64,000 nucleotides of DNA, taken from contig NC_087437.1 of assembly GCF_036321535.1 (NCBI RefSeq), forward strand, positions 100,070,001-100,134,000, in the 5' to 3' direction. How positions within the stretch are numbered: the first letter of the stretch is position 1; each line of letters starts with the position of its first letter. The DNA is from Camelus dromedarius (taxonomy: Eukaryota). Both the position numbers and the translations under genes were made by a program. This document shows positions 1 to 12,732 of this stretch, in pieces. The notes under the pieces were generated by a model that saw nothing but the letters and a program-made list of their open reading frames with translations, did not search any database and had not been told where the DNA came from.

Positions 1-769
1 AAAAAATATTATTTTTGATCAGTAGAATTTGCCTTATTAAGCTGGTCCCCAATGTCTAGTTATGTGCCAAGTCTACAAGTTATTTGAAATGACCACAGGT
101 TAGAATCCATGAAAGGATAGAAAATTACATAAAAATGGAATCATTTATGTATGTATATTAAACCCTGTAACTTTGGAAGCCTTGGTTTGAAATTGCTCTT
201 TTCTATTTATTTTCCAGTAAAGAATATAAGAAAGATGATGAAATAGTTAGAGCAAACGTGGAAAAACATGATGATGAAATGTTCTCCTCTGTTCTGTATT
301 TACCTGCCATTTTCTCCAGGATTCTGCAGCTCAGTACAATGTCAGGTCTGCACACATGAAAGCACATTGAAAGACTGGTATTTATCTTGGGATTTAGGGA
401 TTGGAGGACAGACAGTAGATACTGGCAGAAATGTTTGGCCAACTTAACCCACTTTTCTTTTGATGATCTTGAAAATAAAATAAATAGGATCTTAGAGCCT
501 CAAATAATTGTAGCTGCCTAAAACTGGATTAACCGAGATTTGGAGAAAACAGAAGGCAAACTCAAATAGCAATCTTGTGATGACCACCCTCCAATTACTC
601 TACCCTACAGGTGAGATGCCTTGCAAATAACAGGTCCTCAACAAACACCTGTGAACTTGTTAAAGGGGACAGTCACCATATCATTTGGTCAGCCTATTTC
701 TCATGCATTTCTTCTCTTTCTCCATAATCCAATTCCTCTCACAAGTGTGTTTTAAACACCTAGCACAGA

Positions 770-1309
770 ACTTTCATCTCAACGATGAGGAATTTTCCTC
801 AAAATTGAGAAAAAGAGACAATCAAACGACAACTATGTTACTTTGCCACCACAAAAAATCCTTTTCTGCCATCTATACTAAATACCCTGCTCTCTCTTAT
901 TACAAGTGATGAAGTCTCTTTTCTCTATCCAAAGATATCCTCGACACTTGTGCCCACTCTTCCTGCACAGATGTCAGCTTTCTTTACCCACATGATCAGC
1001 TTTTCCCTGTCTGTGAGAACATTCGCAGTGGCACTCCAATATGCCTTATGTCTGTCTTCCTAAACCCATGCCTCCTTCCACTACAGCACTATTTCTCTCT
1101 CCCCTTCACATATAAGGGTTGGTAATTCATGGCTTCTATTTTCTCAACCCATTCCAACTGGAATCTTCCCCACCACACCCTTTGGATGACCTTGCCAAAG
1201 TCACCTATGACCACTGTCATAAGTGCCTCTTAGTAATATTTGGCATAGGTGATTACTAAGCCACTGCCTCTTAGCAATATTTGGCATAGGTGATTACTCA
1301 TCTCTCCTC
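770..1309 (+). mobile_element. L2 LINE ORF2 fragment (left part; continues at ~6810)
   Basis: Degenerate match to recalled L2 internal sequence (e.g. ccttgccaaagtcacctatgacc, ttagcaatatttggcataggtgattactcatctctcctc). Confidence 0.7.
1224..1298. repeat. Tandem duplication, 34-bp unit, period 41
   Basis: tgcctcttagYaatatttggcataggtgattact at 1224-1257 and 1265-1298, 1 mismatch. Confidence 0.95.
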
Positions 1310-3158
1310 ATTTGGTAACAAATATGTATTGATTATTTATCCCCAGCAAGCTCTAGTCTAAATGTTGGACATGCAGAAGTGAAAAAAACAGACAAATACC
1401 CCTGCCCCTGAGGAGTTTGCACTCTAATAGGAAACCAAAAGTCAGGCAATATAAAAAAATGTAAAATATGTGCTAGGCTAGATAGTGATGATAGTTAAGA
1501 GGAAATATAAACTAAAAAAAAAAAAAACCAAACAGAAATAAGGAGTATTGGAAAGAGGCTTCAAATGTTAGCTAGGGAAATCAGAACGCTTCTTTCTGAA
1601 AGATGTCATTAAAGCAAAAGCCTGAAGGAGGAATCTGTCATGTGTAGGAAAAGATAATTATAGGCAGAGGGGAAAAAATATTTAAAAGCACATGTAAAGC
1701 CCTGAAGCATAAATGTTATTGGTATGTTTAAGCAAAAGCAAGAAAGCAATCATTAAAAAAAAAAAAAGATGGAGCAAGATGGATAGAGGATGTAAGAGAT
1801 GACGTCAGTGAGGAAACTGACAGCCAGACTGTAGTAAGTAGTCTGTTTTTTATTCCAAGTGAGATGAAAAGCTACTGGAAGACTTTAAGCAGTAGATTGG
1901 ATCTGATCTGTAGTCAACAGAATGGCTCCAGCTGTTTGTTGTGACTAAGTGTAGAGGGGCAAAGGCAAAAGCAGGGAGACCATGAGGGCACTACTACAAC
2001 AACCTAAGAAGGAAGTGATGGTGGCATGGAAAGCCTGGTGGCGTGGAAATGGTATAAAGCAGTCGGATTCCAGCTAAATTTTTAGAGATATAATTGATGG
2101 GATTTACTAAAGGATTGGATTCTGGGGCATGTGAGAAAGTGAAAATTAAAGATGACTCCAAGGTTTCTGACATGGGAAACTAGGATGATGTACTAAAGTG
2201 AAAAGAATTGCAAAAGAGAATCTTTGGTGGGGATTATCTGGATCTCCATTTTGAACATGTCAGGTTTGAGACACCTGTTAATTATCCACATGGAAATATA
2301 GAAATGAGTCTGGAGTTTGGAAAAGAGGTTGGGCTGAATATAAATTTGGGAAGATGAGGAGGAATGAGCAATGGAGACTGAGCAGCCACCCAGGTGGGAG
2401 GGGAACAGGTGAGTGTGGTCACCTGAAGTCAGAGTAAGGTAAGTGTTTCAGTGGGAGAGAATGATCGGCACATCACATGTTACCGATACTTCAAGACAAA
2501 TGAGGAATGAGCACTGAACATTAATTCAGCAACATGCACTGGTGGATTGGACACCTGTGAAAGCTGATTGGCAAGAAGTCAAAAGAGACTATTGGGTGGA
2601 AATTGGACACAGGAAGTTCAGGCAAATATTTCAAGCAATTTTTCTGTAAAAAGAGAAAAATGGGATAGTAGTAAAATAGGGAAGTAGAATTCAAGAGAAA
2701 TAATAGCTTGTTGTATGCTGATGGGATAGATTAAATGGTCAGGGAGAAACCACTGTCAAAGTATGGGTGAGAGTATGAGGGACTAAAGATATATCTTTGA
2801 GGAAGAAAAGATGGTAGACAGTGGATGCTTTTGCCTTAATAGCAGCACAGACATGCATGTAATAGGAGAGACAATAGAGTATGTAGGCATCATGACAGAG
2901 AGTGGATGAACTTGTGAAAGTCCTCTTTAATTTGCTTGATTTTCTCAGTAAAATTAGCAGCAAGTTCATCAACTGGGATCAAAGCTGGAGAAAAAAAAGT
3001 GTTGGAGGTTAGAGAAGAGAAGAGAAAATATAAAACAGATGCTCAGCATATGTGGAAAGTAACATGATGAGAAAATATACAGTTACTAGCCAGTATTGCC
3101 AGGCAGTAAGAGTCCACTTCAGGTTATTAATCAGGACTTAAAGTGAATCAGTACATCT
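1310..3158 (-). mobile_element. L2a-type LINE, 3' ~1.85 kb
   Basis: Begins with antisense L2 3' tail (acaaatatgtattga...cagacaaatacccctgcccctgaggagttt); continuous antisense L2 motifs such as aaagatgactccaaggtttctg and tccattttgaacatgtcaggtttgag. Confidence 0.85.
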
Positions 3159-3376
3159 TGTAGAAGTTCTAGGTACCCTGCATCATATTCCCTCGGCCTG
3201 CTTCTTCTAACTCAGCTGCAGTTGTGGTGAACAATTCACACACATCCTCACAGATTTCTACTTCAAGCCCCTACTGAGTCACTCAAATATTCTTTAAGAG
3301 GTCTTTCACTAAGCCATGGAAATGTGCTATGCCCTAGCATAAGATATTCAAGAAGGATGGGAAGGTTAACACCACC
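3159..3376 (+). mobile_element. LTR16-family ERVL solo LTR, 5' part
   Basis: Starts TGTAG; catattccctcggcc motif and ...gaaggttaacacc typical of LTR16; interrupted by MLT1. Confidence 0.6.
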
Positions 3377-3552
3377 AGTTATGGGATAAATTGTGACTGC
3401 CCAAAAATTCCTGTGTTGAAGTCCTAACCCCCAGTATTTCAGAACATGACCATATTTGGAAATGAGATCTTTACAGAGGTAATTAAGTTAAAATGAATTC
3501 ATTATGATAAGCCCTAATCCAATATGATGGGTGTTCTTATAAAAAGAGGAAA
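3377..3552 (+). mobile_element. MLT1B/C-type MaLR LTR, 5' part
   Basis: gttatggg...tgttgaagtcctaacccccagt...gaggtaattaagttaaaatga...ccctaatccaatatga; left TSD CCACC 3372-3376. Confidence 0.85.
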
Positions 3553-6268
3553 CTTATCTACCAAACATTTAAAGAAAAGTAAACACCTAACCTCCTCAAA
3601 CTATTTCTAAAAACCAAAGAGGAAGGTACACTTACAGTGCACTTCCAAACTCATTCTACAAGGCCAGCATCACCCTGATACCAAAACCAGACAAAGACAT
3701 AACAAAATGAAACAAAAAAGAAAGAAAGAAAGAAAATGACAAGTTAATATTACTAATGATCATAAATGAAAAAATCATCAACAAAATATTAGAAAACCTA
3801 ATTTAATAATACAATAAAAGGATCACACACCATGATCAAGTGGGATTTATCCAGAGATGCAAGGATGGCTCAATATCCACAAATCAATGTGATATGCATT
3901 AACAAATTGAAAAGTAAAAATCATATGATCATTCAATAGGTGCAGAATAAGCTTTTGACAAAATACAACATCCATTTACAATAAAAACTCTCCACAAAGT
4001 GGGAACATAACTTTACATAATAAAAGGTATATATGACAAACCTATAGCCAACATCTTATTCAGTGGTGAAAAGCTGAAAGCATTTCCTCTAAGATCAAGA
4101 ACAAGATAAGGATGCCTACTCTCACCATTTTTATTCAATATAGTATTGGAAGTCCTAACCACAGCAATCAGACAAGAAAAAGAAATAAATGCAATCCAAA
4201 TTGGAAAGAAAGAAGTAAAATTGTCACTGTTTGCAGATGACAAGATATTTGGAAAATCCTAAAGATGCTACCAAAAAAATGATTAGAACTCATCAATGAA
4301 TTCAGTAAAGTTTCAGGGTAATATATAGAAATCTTTTGTGCTTCTATAAACAAGCAATGAACTATCAGAAAGAGAAATTAAGAAAACAATCTCATTTACA
4401 ATTGCATCAAAAAGAATAAAATACCTAGGAATAAATCTAACGAAGGAGGTAAAAGACTTGTATTCAAAAACTATAGGACATTGATGAAAGACACTGAAGA
4501 TGACACAACCAAATGGAGAGATATACCATACTCATGCATTGGAAAAATTAATATTGTTAAAACTGCAATATCATCTCAGGTTACCTACAGATTCAATACA
4601 AGTCGTATCATAATAGCAATGGCATTTTTCACAGAACTAGAACAAGTAATTCTAAAATTTGTATGAAAACACAAAAGACCTCAAATAGCCAGAACAATCT
4701 TGAGAAAGAAGAACCAAGCTGGAAGTATCACAGTCCCTGATTTCAAACTATACTACAATGCTACTGTAATCAAAGCAGTATGATACTGGCACAAAAACAG
4801 GCACATAGATCAATGGAACAGAAGAGAGAGCCCAGAAATAAACCCATGCTTATATGGTGAATTAATCTAAGACAAAAAGAGGCAAGAATATTCGGTGAGG
4901 GAAACGACAACTTTTTCCATAAATAATGTTGGGAAAACCAGACAGCTACATTCAAAAGAATCAAACTGGACTACTTTCTCATACCATGTACAAAAATAAA
5001 CTCAAAATGGATTAAAGACTTAAATGTAAGACCTGAAACCATAAAACTCCTAGAAGAAAACATAGGCAGTATGCTCTTTGACATTTATCTTAGCAATATT
5101 TTTTTGGATATGTTTCCTCAGGCCAGAGCAACAAAAGCAAAAATAAACAAATGGGACTACATCAAACTAAGAAGCATTTGCACAGCAGATGAAACAAACA
5201 AACAAAAAAAGTCACCTACTAAATGAGAGAATATATTTGCAAATGATATGTCTGATAAAGTGGTAATATCAAAAATACATAAAGAACTCTTAGAACTCAA
5301 ATCAAAGAAACAAATAATCCAATTTAAAAATGAGCAGAGGACTTTACTAGACATTTCTCCAAAGAAGGATATAGATGGCCAATAGACACATGAAAAGATG
5401 CTCCATGTCACTAATCATTGAAGAAATGCAAATCAAAACCACAATAAGATACCACCTCACATCTGTCAGAAAGGTTATTATCAAAAAGATAACAAATAAC
5501 AAGTGTTGGCAAAGATATGGAGAAAAGGAAACTTGTGGTGGGAATGCAAATTGGTACAGTCACTATGGAAAACATGTATGTTCCTCAAAAAATTTTAAAA
5601 ATAACTATCATACAATCCAGCAATTCAACATCTGTGTATCTTTTTGGAAGAAGGAAAACATTAATTCAAAAAGATATACACACCCCTACATTTGCTGAAG
5701 CATTATTTGCAATAGCCAAAGCAATATGGAAGCAATCTCCATGTCCATCAATGGATGAATGAATAAAAAACACATATGCACATACACAATAGAATATTAT
5801 TCAGTCATAAAGGGAGTGAAATCTTCCCATTTTCAACAACATGAATGGATCTAGAGGGTATTATGCTAAGTGAAATAAATCAGACAGAGAAAGACAAATA
5901 CCGTATGATTTTACTTATACATGGAATCTAATAAATAAAACAAATGAACAAACATAACAAAACAGAAATAGACTCATAGCTGCAAAGAACAAGCTGGTGG
6001 TTGCCAGAGGAGAGGTGGGTGGGAAGATGAGTGAAATACATGAGAAAAATTAAGAGGCACAAACTTCAGGTTATAAAATAAATAAGTTATAGAATATAAT
6101 GTACAGCATAGATAATATAGTCAATAATATTGTAATAATGTGTGGTTACAGATGGTAACAAGACTTATTGTGGTGATCAATGTGTAAAGTATAAAAATAT
6201 CACATCACTACATTGTATACCTGAAATTAATGCAATACTGTAAGACAATTATGCTTCAGTCAAAAAAA
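3553..6268 (+). mobile_element. 5'-truncated L1 LINE (laurasiatherian/cetartiodactyl-type 3' UTR), disrupted ORF2
   Basis: ORF2-like peptides ([46 protein letters not shown]) with many stops and frameshifts; 3' UTR and A-tail near 6262-6268. Confidence 0.95.
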
Positions 6269-6269
6269 G

Positions 6270-6531
6270 AAGAAGAGGAGGAGGACAAAATTTAGACACA
6301 GACATGTACAAAGGGACAATGACGTGAGGATTCAGGGAAAAGATGGCCGCCTGCAAGCCAAGGAGAGAGGCTTAGAATAGATTTTTCCCTCATGGCTCTC
6401 AGAAGGAACTAATGCTTCCAACACCTTCATCTCAGAATTCCAGCCTCCAGAACTGTGAAAAAATAGGTTCTGTTGATTCAGCCATCCACTCTGTGGTACT
6501 TTGTTATGAGCAGCCCTGGAAAAGTAATATA
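6270..6531 (+). mobile_element. MLT1B/C-type MaLR LTR, 3' part
   Basis: caagccaaggagagaggc...ccagcctccagaactgtga...tgtggtactttgttatg; right TSD CCATC 6532-6536. Confidence 0.85.
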
Positions 6532-6784
6532 CCATCTGGTGACAATTCTTGACTAATCAGGGCAAAACTCTAGATTGTACTCATTACTTTAGAGGGAAAA
6601 TTCTAAAGAATCCTTTACAAGGAGCCCTGGAGTGATAATTAGTTCCATAGTGCAAATTTTATTAATTTTTCTCAATTCCTTGTCTTTTTCCTCACTCCAT
6701 CAGTTCAGCTTCTTGGGATCAACTGCATAAACTACCTGAATCCAAGTTCTTGGCTTCTTTTTCACAGGAATCAAAACTAGCACA
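6532..6784 (+). mobile_element. LTR16-family solo LTR, 3' part
   Basis: cttgactaatc...cttcttgggatca...aaactacctgaatccaag...aactagcaca, typical LTR16 3' end. Confidence 0.6.
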
Positions 6785-6809
6785 CCACAATTGTGTATTT
6801 CTTCTCTGT

Positions 6810-6925
6810 GATTTCTTCTTAAATTACTTTCTTCTTTTGACTTTTTTGACACCACACATCTGGTTTTCCTCTTACCTCACTTGCCACACTTTCCCAGACT
6901 TCTCTTCTGTTCAACCTCTTAAGCT
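6810..6925 (+). mobile_element. L2 fragment (continuation of 770-1309 element)
   Basis: ctttcttcttttgactttttgacaccacacatctggttttcctcttacctc is the L2 segment expected right after the break at 1309. Confidence 0.6.
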
Positions 6926-7004
6926 GAAAGCGACCACTTGGATCCAGGTGACCAGGCTTGGATCTTTTGACATACTCTCCTTAAGTCATCAGAAAGTCGA
7001 TGCT

Positions 7005-7366
7005 TAGTCTCCACTGTATTTGTCCTATCAGCAGGATTCGATGTGATTAGTCTCTCCCTCCTCTCTGATAAGCTTTCTTCATGAAATTCCAGGATGCCCT
7101 ACTCTCCTGGTTTTCCTCCTGCACCACTCACCATGTTTCTCAGGCTTACTCTCCTACTTCCTCTTCTCCTCAGTCTCTTGAAATTGGAGAGCACTGGACC
7201 GAAGTCCCAGACCTATTTCTTCTCTTCCTATCCTCATTCCATCAACAATTGCATTCAATCTTAAGCCTTTAAAAACTACCCATATACTAACAACTTCTAC
7301 ATTTATTTTTCTGAACTCCACAGATTCGTGTATCCAACTACCTATTGAACATTTCTATCTTAATGT
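7005..7366 (+). mobile_element. L2 fragment (left part)
   Basis: ttccaggatgccctactctcctggttttcctcc...gtatccaactacctattgaacattt. Confidence 0.75.
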
Positions 7367-8251
7367 TGTAGTCGTTTTGACACGTGTCAACTCGTCTAGA
7401 CTAAACTGCATTTTCCAGAATTCCTTTCCTATATGTTTCTGGTTAGGTGGAGGTCTCAAGAGAGATTCTTATGGAACATTTGGAAGGCAAAACTAATTCC
7501 CTCCCATCTTTATTTATCTGCTGGTTTTCCTCATTGGCACGAGGCAGAAGTCAGACCTGCAATTTCTTTACTTTCTCTTGGAATATTCTTCAGTTTTTTG
7601 GATCCCAGAGCCAAGCATATGCATTTACCTCTATGACAAAGGGCCTGGCCTCTTCAGGAGACCCATACCATCAAGGTCAAAGGCACCAAGACCTGACCTT
7701 GCTTATATATTCCAGTATATGCTAATCTTGCTCTCCCCCACTCTGCAACCTTCTTTCCTTCTCAACTGCCTGCCCTGTGGACTTCAAGCTTCAAGCTATA
7801 GACAGTATAAGACACAAACAACACAAACAGCCTTACAGACTGTTTAAACAGTTCTTCCAATCGCATAAGATCAAAGTCACTTCATTTATCTCTATCTCTA
7901 TATATACTAGGTATCTATCCAGTATAATGAGATATATGAAGGGATTTGTATATCTCTATCTTGTATATCTCTTTCTTATATGCCTACTTTGAATACATAG
8001 CCAGAAATGAAGAAAGCTATGTCTATATATATATATATTGGATATACATGGAAAGAGTATATGTATACACACACACACACATACAGATATAAAAGGACTT
8101 GTTAGATGGATTTGAATACGTACATTTATATGTATATGTATTCACACACATACATGTGAATATATATACATGTATCAGTCAGGGTCTTTCAGGGTTTAAG
8201 CAGAGAAGCAGAAACCATACCTGCTTCTATGCTTGAATCCTAACTGATACA
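7367..8251 (+). mobile_element. MLT2F-like ERVL solo LTR with expanded TA/CA tract
   Basis: Starts tgtagtcg...gtgtcaact...ttccagaattcctttcc; ends ctgcttctatgcttgaatcctaactgataca. Confidence 0.75.
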
Positions 8252-8490
8252 GATATCTAACAGACATCTCCAAATCAATAAGCCCAAACTAAAATTCCCT
8301 TTCTCACTCTCCACAAACTTATTCAATCTGTAACCTCTCCCATCTCAGTCGATGGCTACCCTATTTTTTTAATTGCTCAGCTGCTTCAATTCTTAAAATC
8401 ATCATTGATTCTTACTTTTCTTAGACTGCACACATCCAAATGATTGGAAATATTATTATGTCTCCCTTTTTAATACATATCCAGAACTGA
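8252..8490 (+). mobile_element. L2 fragment (right part, resumes after MLT2)
   Basis: tctaacagacatctcc...cccatctcagtcgatggc...atcattgattct. Confidence 0.75.
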
Positions 8491-8529
8491 AGACTGATTG
8501 ATAGAAGATTACCCATCTATAATGAGTCT

Positions 8530-9262
8530 AAGAAATGATTACCAATGGGTTCTAATAAGCCAAAGAGAAGCCATCAGAATTATATGCCTCCTATGTGTGA
8601 TGTAAGTATACAATACCATCTCTGGAGCAGTCTTGCCAGAAAAACCAAACCTGAATTGAATCAAGCCTCCAGATGTAACTACAAATTTTCAAGAATTATA
8701 AGAGAGAGAAGAACTTATTATGTAACCCAACAGGTATACTATTAACATTATCTAGAATGTGGCAGACACCAAAAGACAAAGCAATCCAGTGCCTTCCAAA
8801 CATAAACTCTAAGAGAAAAAGAAAGACACTGAGACAGAGTGAGCAAGCAAACCTAAAGATGAAAAGATTTAAGGTACATGGCAGTGCAGCTCCAACAATA
8901 CAATGTGTAGATCTTATCTAAACACTGATTCAAACACAAAAATTTTTAAATTACAAGACAACTGGGTAAATTTGCACACTGAATGGATATTTCATTTTTA
9001 GAACATAATATTTTAGGTATGATAATTATATTGTCATTGCATTTTTAAAGTCTTTATCTTTTATAGACATAGACTGAAATAAATAAAAAACAAAAAAGAT
9101 TATACCTGGTGATTGTTTCAAAATAACCACTAGAGAGAGGTGGAAGGGAGGAGCAGAGATGAAAATAGGTTGACCATGAGTGGAGAACTCTGAAGGTGGG
9201 TAATGTAGACCATTCTTCTTCCATCTCTACTTTTGTTTATGTTTAAAATTTTCCATAATAAA
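8530..9262 (+). mobile_element. L1MC4/5-type L1 3' UTR
   Basis: tcttgccagaaaaaccaaacctgaattgaatcaagcctccagatgtaactac; ends ctacttttgtttatgtttaaaattttccataataaa. Confidence 0.75.
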
Positions 9263-10108
9263 TGGCTTTTCAGCTCTATGAAATTACTATCATGATAACT
9301 AAAAAGGCAGTGAAAACAAATTCATAGAAATGGTGGCAAAGGACCAACTTATGCTGTTAATAATATTTCTGTTGACATTCTCATGGAGAAACAATACATT
9401 CTAGAAAGAGAATAATAAAATGCTCTATCCAAAACTTTGTTTGAATTTCTTTTAGGAATAACTTTTTTATTTTAAAAAAGCATTATTAGGCAAACAACTA
9501 TAATGACTTTTCATTAGTAAAAAACTTTTTCAGATTCGACATATAGGTAAAATTCAATTCATAACTTTCTGCAAGCATGCTAGAGTACTTTCCTCTCCCT
9601 TTCCTCACTTTGTACCACATGATTCCATGCTATTTTTAAAGATACACAATTTGCCAAGTGGAAAATGTTCTTACGTGCTACAAAAGATAAAGAGCTTTTT
9701 TTTTTCCAGGAGTGTTTTACACATTAATCTGTTTTGCTCTCTCAGTATTGATTACATGTGTCTTTGCTCATATCTTTTGATTTTTTTTTTTTTTGCCCTG
9801 ATGAAGGAAAAATCATGCTTGTGGCAAACTTCAAAGTCCTTGAAATCTTCCAAAGATGTGACTCCTGTAATCAGCCCATGACCAATGCCAGTTGTTTCCA
9901 GAACAGTCCTCCATCATCAGGGTCCCTGACAAGCTTCTGCAGAGCAGACAATTGGCTTGTCTCAACAGCAGCTGCCGACTGTCATCCCCTCAGTCTGAAA
10001 CTCAAGGTCCTGTTTTGGTGTGGAGGCAGAGCTTTTCCTGGCAGCTAAAAGATCGCTAAGCGGAGGCAGCAGAGTCCAATGGAATATGTCAGAAGCTGTG
10101 TGAGAGCA

Positions 10109-10123
10109 AGGTCACCCTGACCC
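10109..10123. promoter_or_regulatory. Perfect consensus estrogen response element (AGGTCAcccTGACCC)
   Basis: Exact RGGTCAnnnTGACCY palindrome in non-repeat DNA; function not demonstrated. Confidence 0.45.
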
Positions 10124-12549
10124 TAAATGAAGACCACAAAAAACCACTGGAGATACTGTTCTTCAGATCTGGACTTCAAACCAAAAGGAAAGTGGACCAC
10201 AATTACCAAAACTTTTCTTAACCTTCAGATTAGAGCCTGAAAAACAGAATCAAAGGTCCTCCTCATTTTCTCCTCACCATCCTCCTTACCCAGGCATTGC
10301 TCTGCAATGCAGTCTGAAGGCAACAGTAAAAGAGACTAACACAGACAAACCTAATGAGGAAATGAGGACGTTTTGCAGCCATGGAAGACCAGTGCCACAT
10401 GCAGTTTACCGAAGATTGCAAATACTCTTTCTGCTTCTCTGCACCACAATCATATCAAGTAGCTATGACTCACTAACCACATTTTATAGGTGATAAAATG
10501 AGACACGGCATCTCAGGGACCTGCCTGTGATTAGACCACACATTGAATAAAGAGGCAAATGCGTTCTCAGGCTGGGCTCCTTCAGGCTTTGTGTCCAGCA
10601 CTCTTAGCCGCTGTTCAGTATGGTGAGGACCTGTCCATTCGCCTTTCTGCAATTCTCTCACCCTCCTCTCCCCAAACAGTACAGAACTTCAAAGTCTTCC
10701 CTAACCACTCATTTCCTTGCTTGAAGCCTCACTGAGGAAGCCTCCCTCTTCTCAAGGACACGGGGAATACGAGGGTCACTGTGGTGGCTGGAGAGCAAGA
10801 ACTCCCAGGCACGTACTACCTACCCCATGAACCACCACCTGTAAAAATGCTACTTCCACATTTTCCCAATAAAATCCAGACAATTAATTTGGTTTATTTT
10901 GTATTTTTAATAGTGGAAATATATTCGTGATAAAAAAGTAAGAATGTCTATCGGAAGGAAATATAAATACATAGTATTCAACAGTTTTAGGATCCCTTGT
11001 CAAAAGAAATAAATGCATAAATTTAACACAATAATGTGGTACTCTATAGAGGAAAAAGTTTGTAAAATGTAACATGGGTTTTAGCTTATAGGGATGATAT
11101 TCAAAAACATTTAAGCCAATATTTATAACCAAATGACTAGGCAGTTCCCAAAGCTGTGGCACCCATGCTGCTAGAGGGAGATTAAGTGAAGTTGGAGATT
11201 TCCTTTCAGTGGGACTAGTTCTTAAGTTTGCATAGGAACACAGACTTGTGCGGCTTTGTAGGAGCCCCACAACTGTCCCTAAAATAGGAACAATTCATAT
11301 TTTCTTCCCTTACGGGTTAAGTGTGATTTTACATAGTGAAGAGTTTGTAAAGTAAACACAAAGGAACTCTGTGAAAGTGTGGTTAGAAAACTACATCAGA
11401 TGGTTAGGCCTATTTTAAGAAGTTTAAAATATTATTTAGAATAGAAAAAGACACTCCTTGTTATCTCTGGTTCACCTACTCTCTCCCACATTCATCATTT
11501 CTGAAGGTGGTACTCATCAAATTTTGCCAAGAAAACACTGACAACCTTTCCAGATTCTGCTGAAATTCAGCTTCTTCTCAGATCATTCTACCAAAAGACT
11601 CTCCCTTTAACATGATTCGCATACCTATGAACTGCACCAGCACTTACTGAATATTCTAATCGCCATGGCTGGATAATAAATAAAGTTCACTGAAAGAGTT
11701 GACAGACATATTTTATGAATCCTGAAAAAAATCAATGTTATTGCCATTCCTTTAATAAGTACTGAGGAAAGAATTTAAATTATTTGATCTACCTAATAAA
11801 GGAAAGCACGTATAAGGTAAATATTCTGGGTGATGATGTAGAAAATAATAAAGATTATTACTGAAGATTAGAAGATGTTTAACGATGAAAGCAATTCTAA
11901 TTGCATACTAGTAAATAACAGTTTTTCCAGTGCTCAAATGCACCTGCAACTGTGCTTGAGGGAGATTGTGAATTAGAAATTTTATCCCAGAGAAGCTTCC
12001 ACCTTTGTAAAGGCAGGCGACTAGGATGCCAGATAGAATACAGTCTTGAGTTTTTAGTAACTTAAGACTCTCATTCAATTTCACACTCTAATATTGTTTG
12101 TGATATATATTATAACGTCATCATTCCAGTGAAGAAATTTTGCCAAATTGGTACACTTACATTTACACTGTAATGTTATAAAATGCAAAGATTACTGGGC
12201 AAAACTGCATGAAGTTTTTATCTCAAGAGTTTTAAGAACTGGATAGGCAAATAAGTATAACCAGAGTCTAAGAGAATTCTAAGGAACAATGGTGTGAGTT
12301 TCCTTCCAGCTCTCTGATCCTCAGAATGGAGAATCGGCTGAGACTCCAGACTTACAAGTAACATTTATCCCACTTGTGCTACACAGAGGAGTTTGTATGT
12401 TAAGAATTTTCTCATGATTATAATTAACATTATGAAAACCTTATTTCCAGAAATTGGCAAGTAAATCACATAAGTCATTAAGGTCCACCAAACAAAAACT
12501 CATTTAAAGAAAGGCAAGCTCAGAGCCCTAGAGACCTAAACTTTGTACG

Positions 12550-12732
12550 TTCCACCCAAATTTGCTGAATGAACTTCAAGCCATTTATCTCCTCTTTATC
12601 AATTCTTTCAAGTGAAAAAGTGAGATAATAAATCTTAGCTACCTCACAGAAGTGGTGTAAACATCAAATGAAACGATGAATATTCATGTCCTTCATAAAG
12701 CACAAAATGCTTACCCCACGTAAAGCATTATT
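12550..12732 (+). mobile_element. MIR3/MIR SINE
   Basis: Core-like gtgaaaaagtgagataata...tacctcacagaagtggtgtaaacatcaaatga. Confidence 0.65.

Noticed and set aside
10868..10910. Poly(A) site (AATAAA plus downstream U/GU-rich tract)
   Set aside because: AATAAA is very common in this AT-rich window and no upstream exon structure is evident
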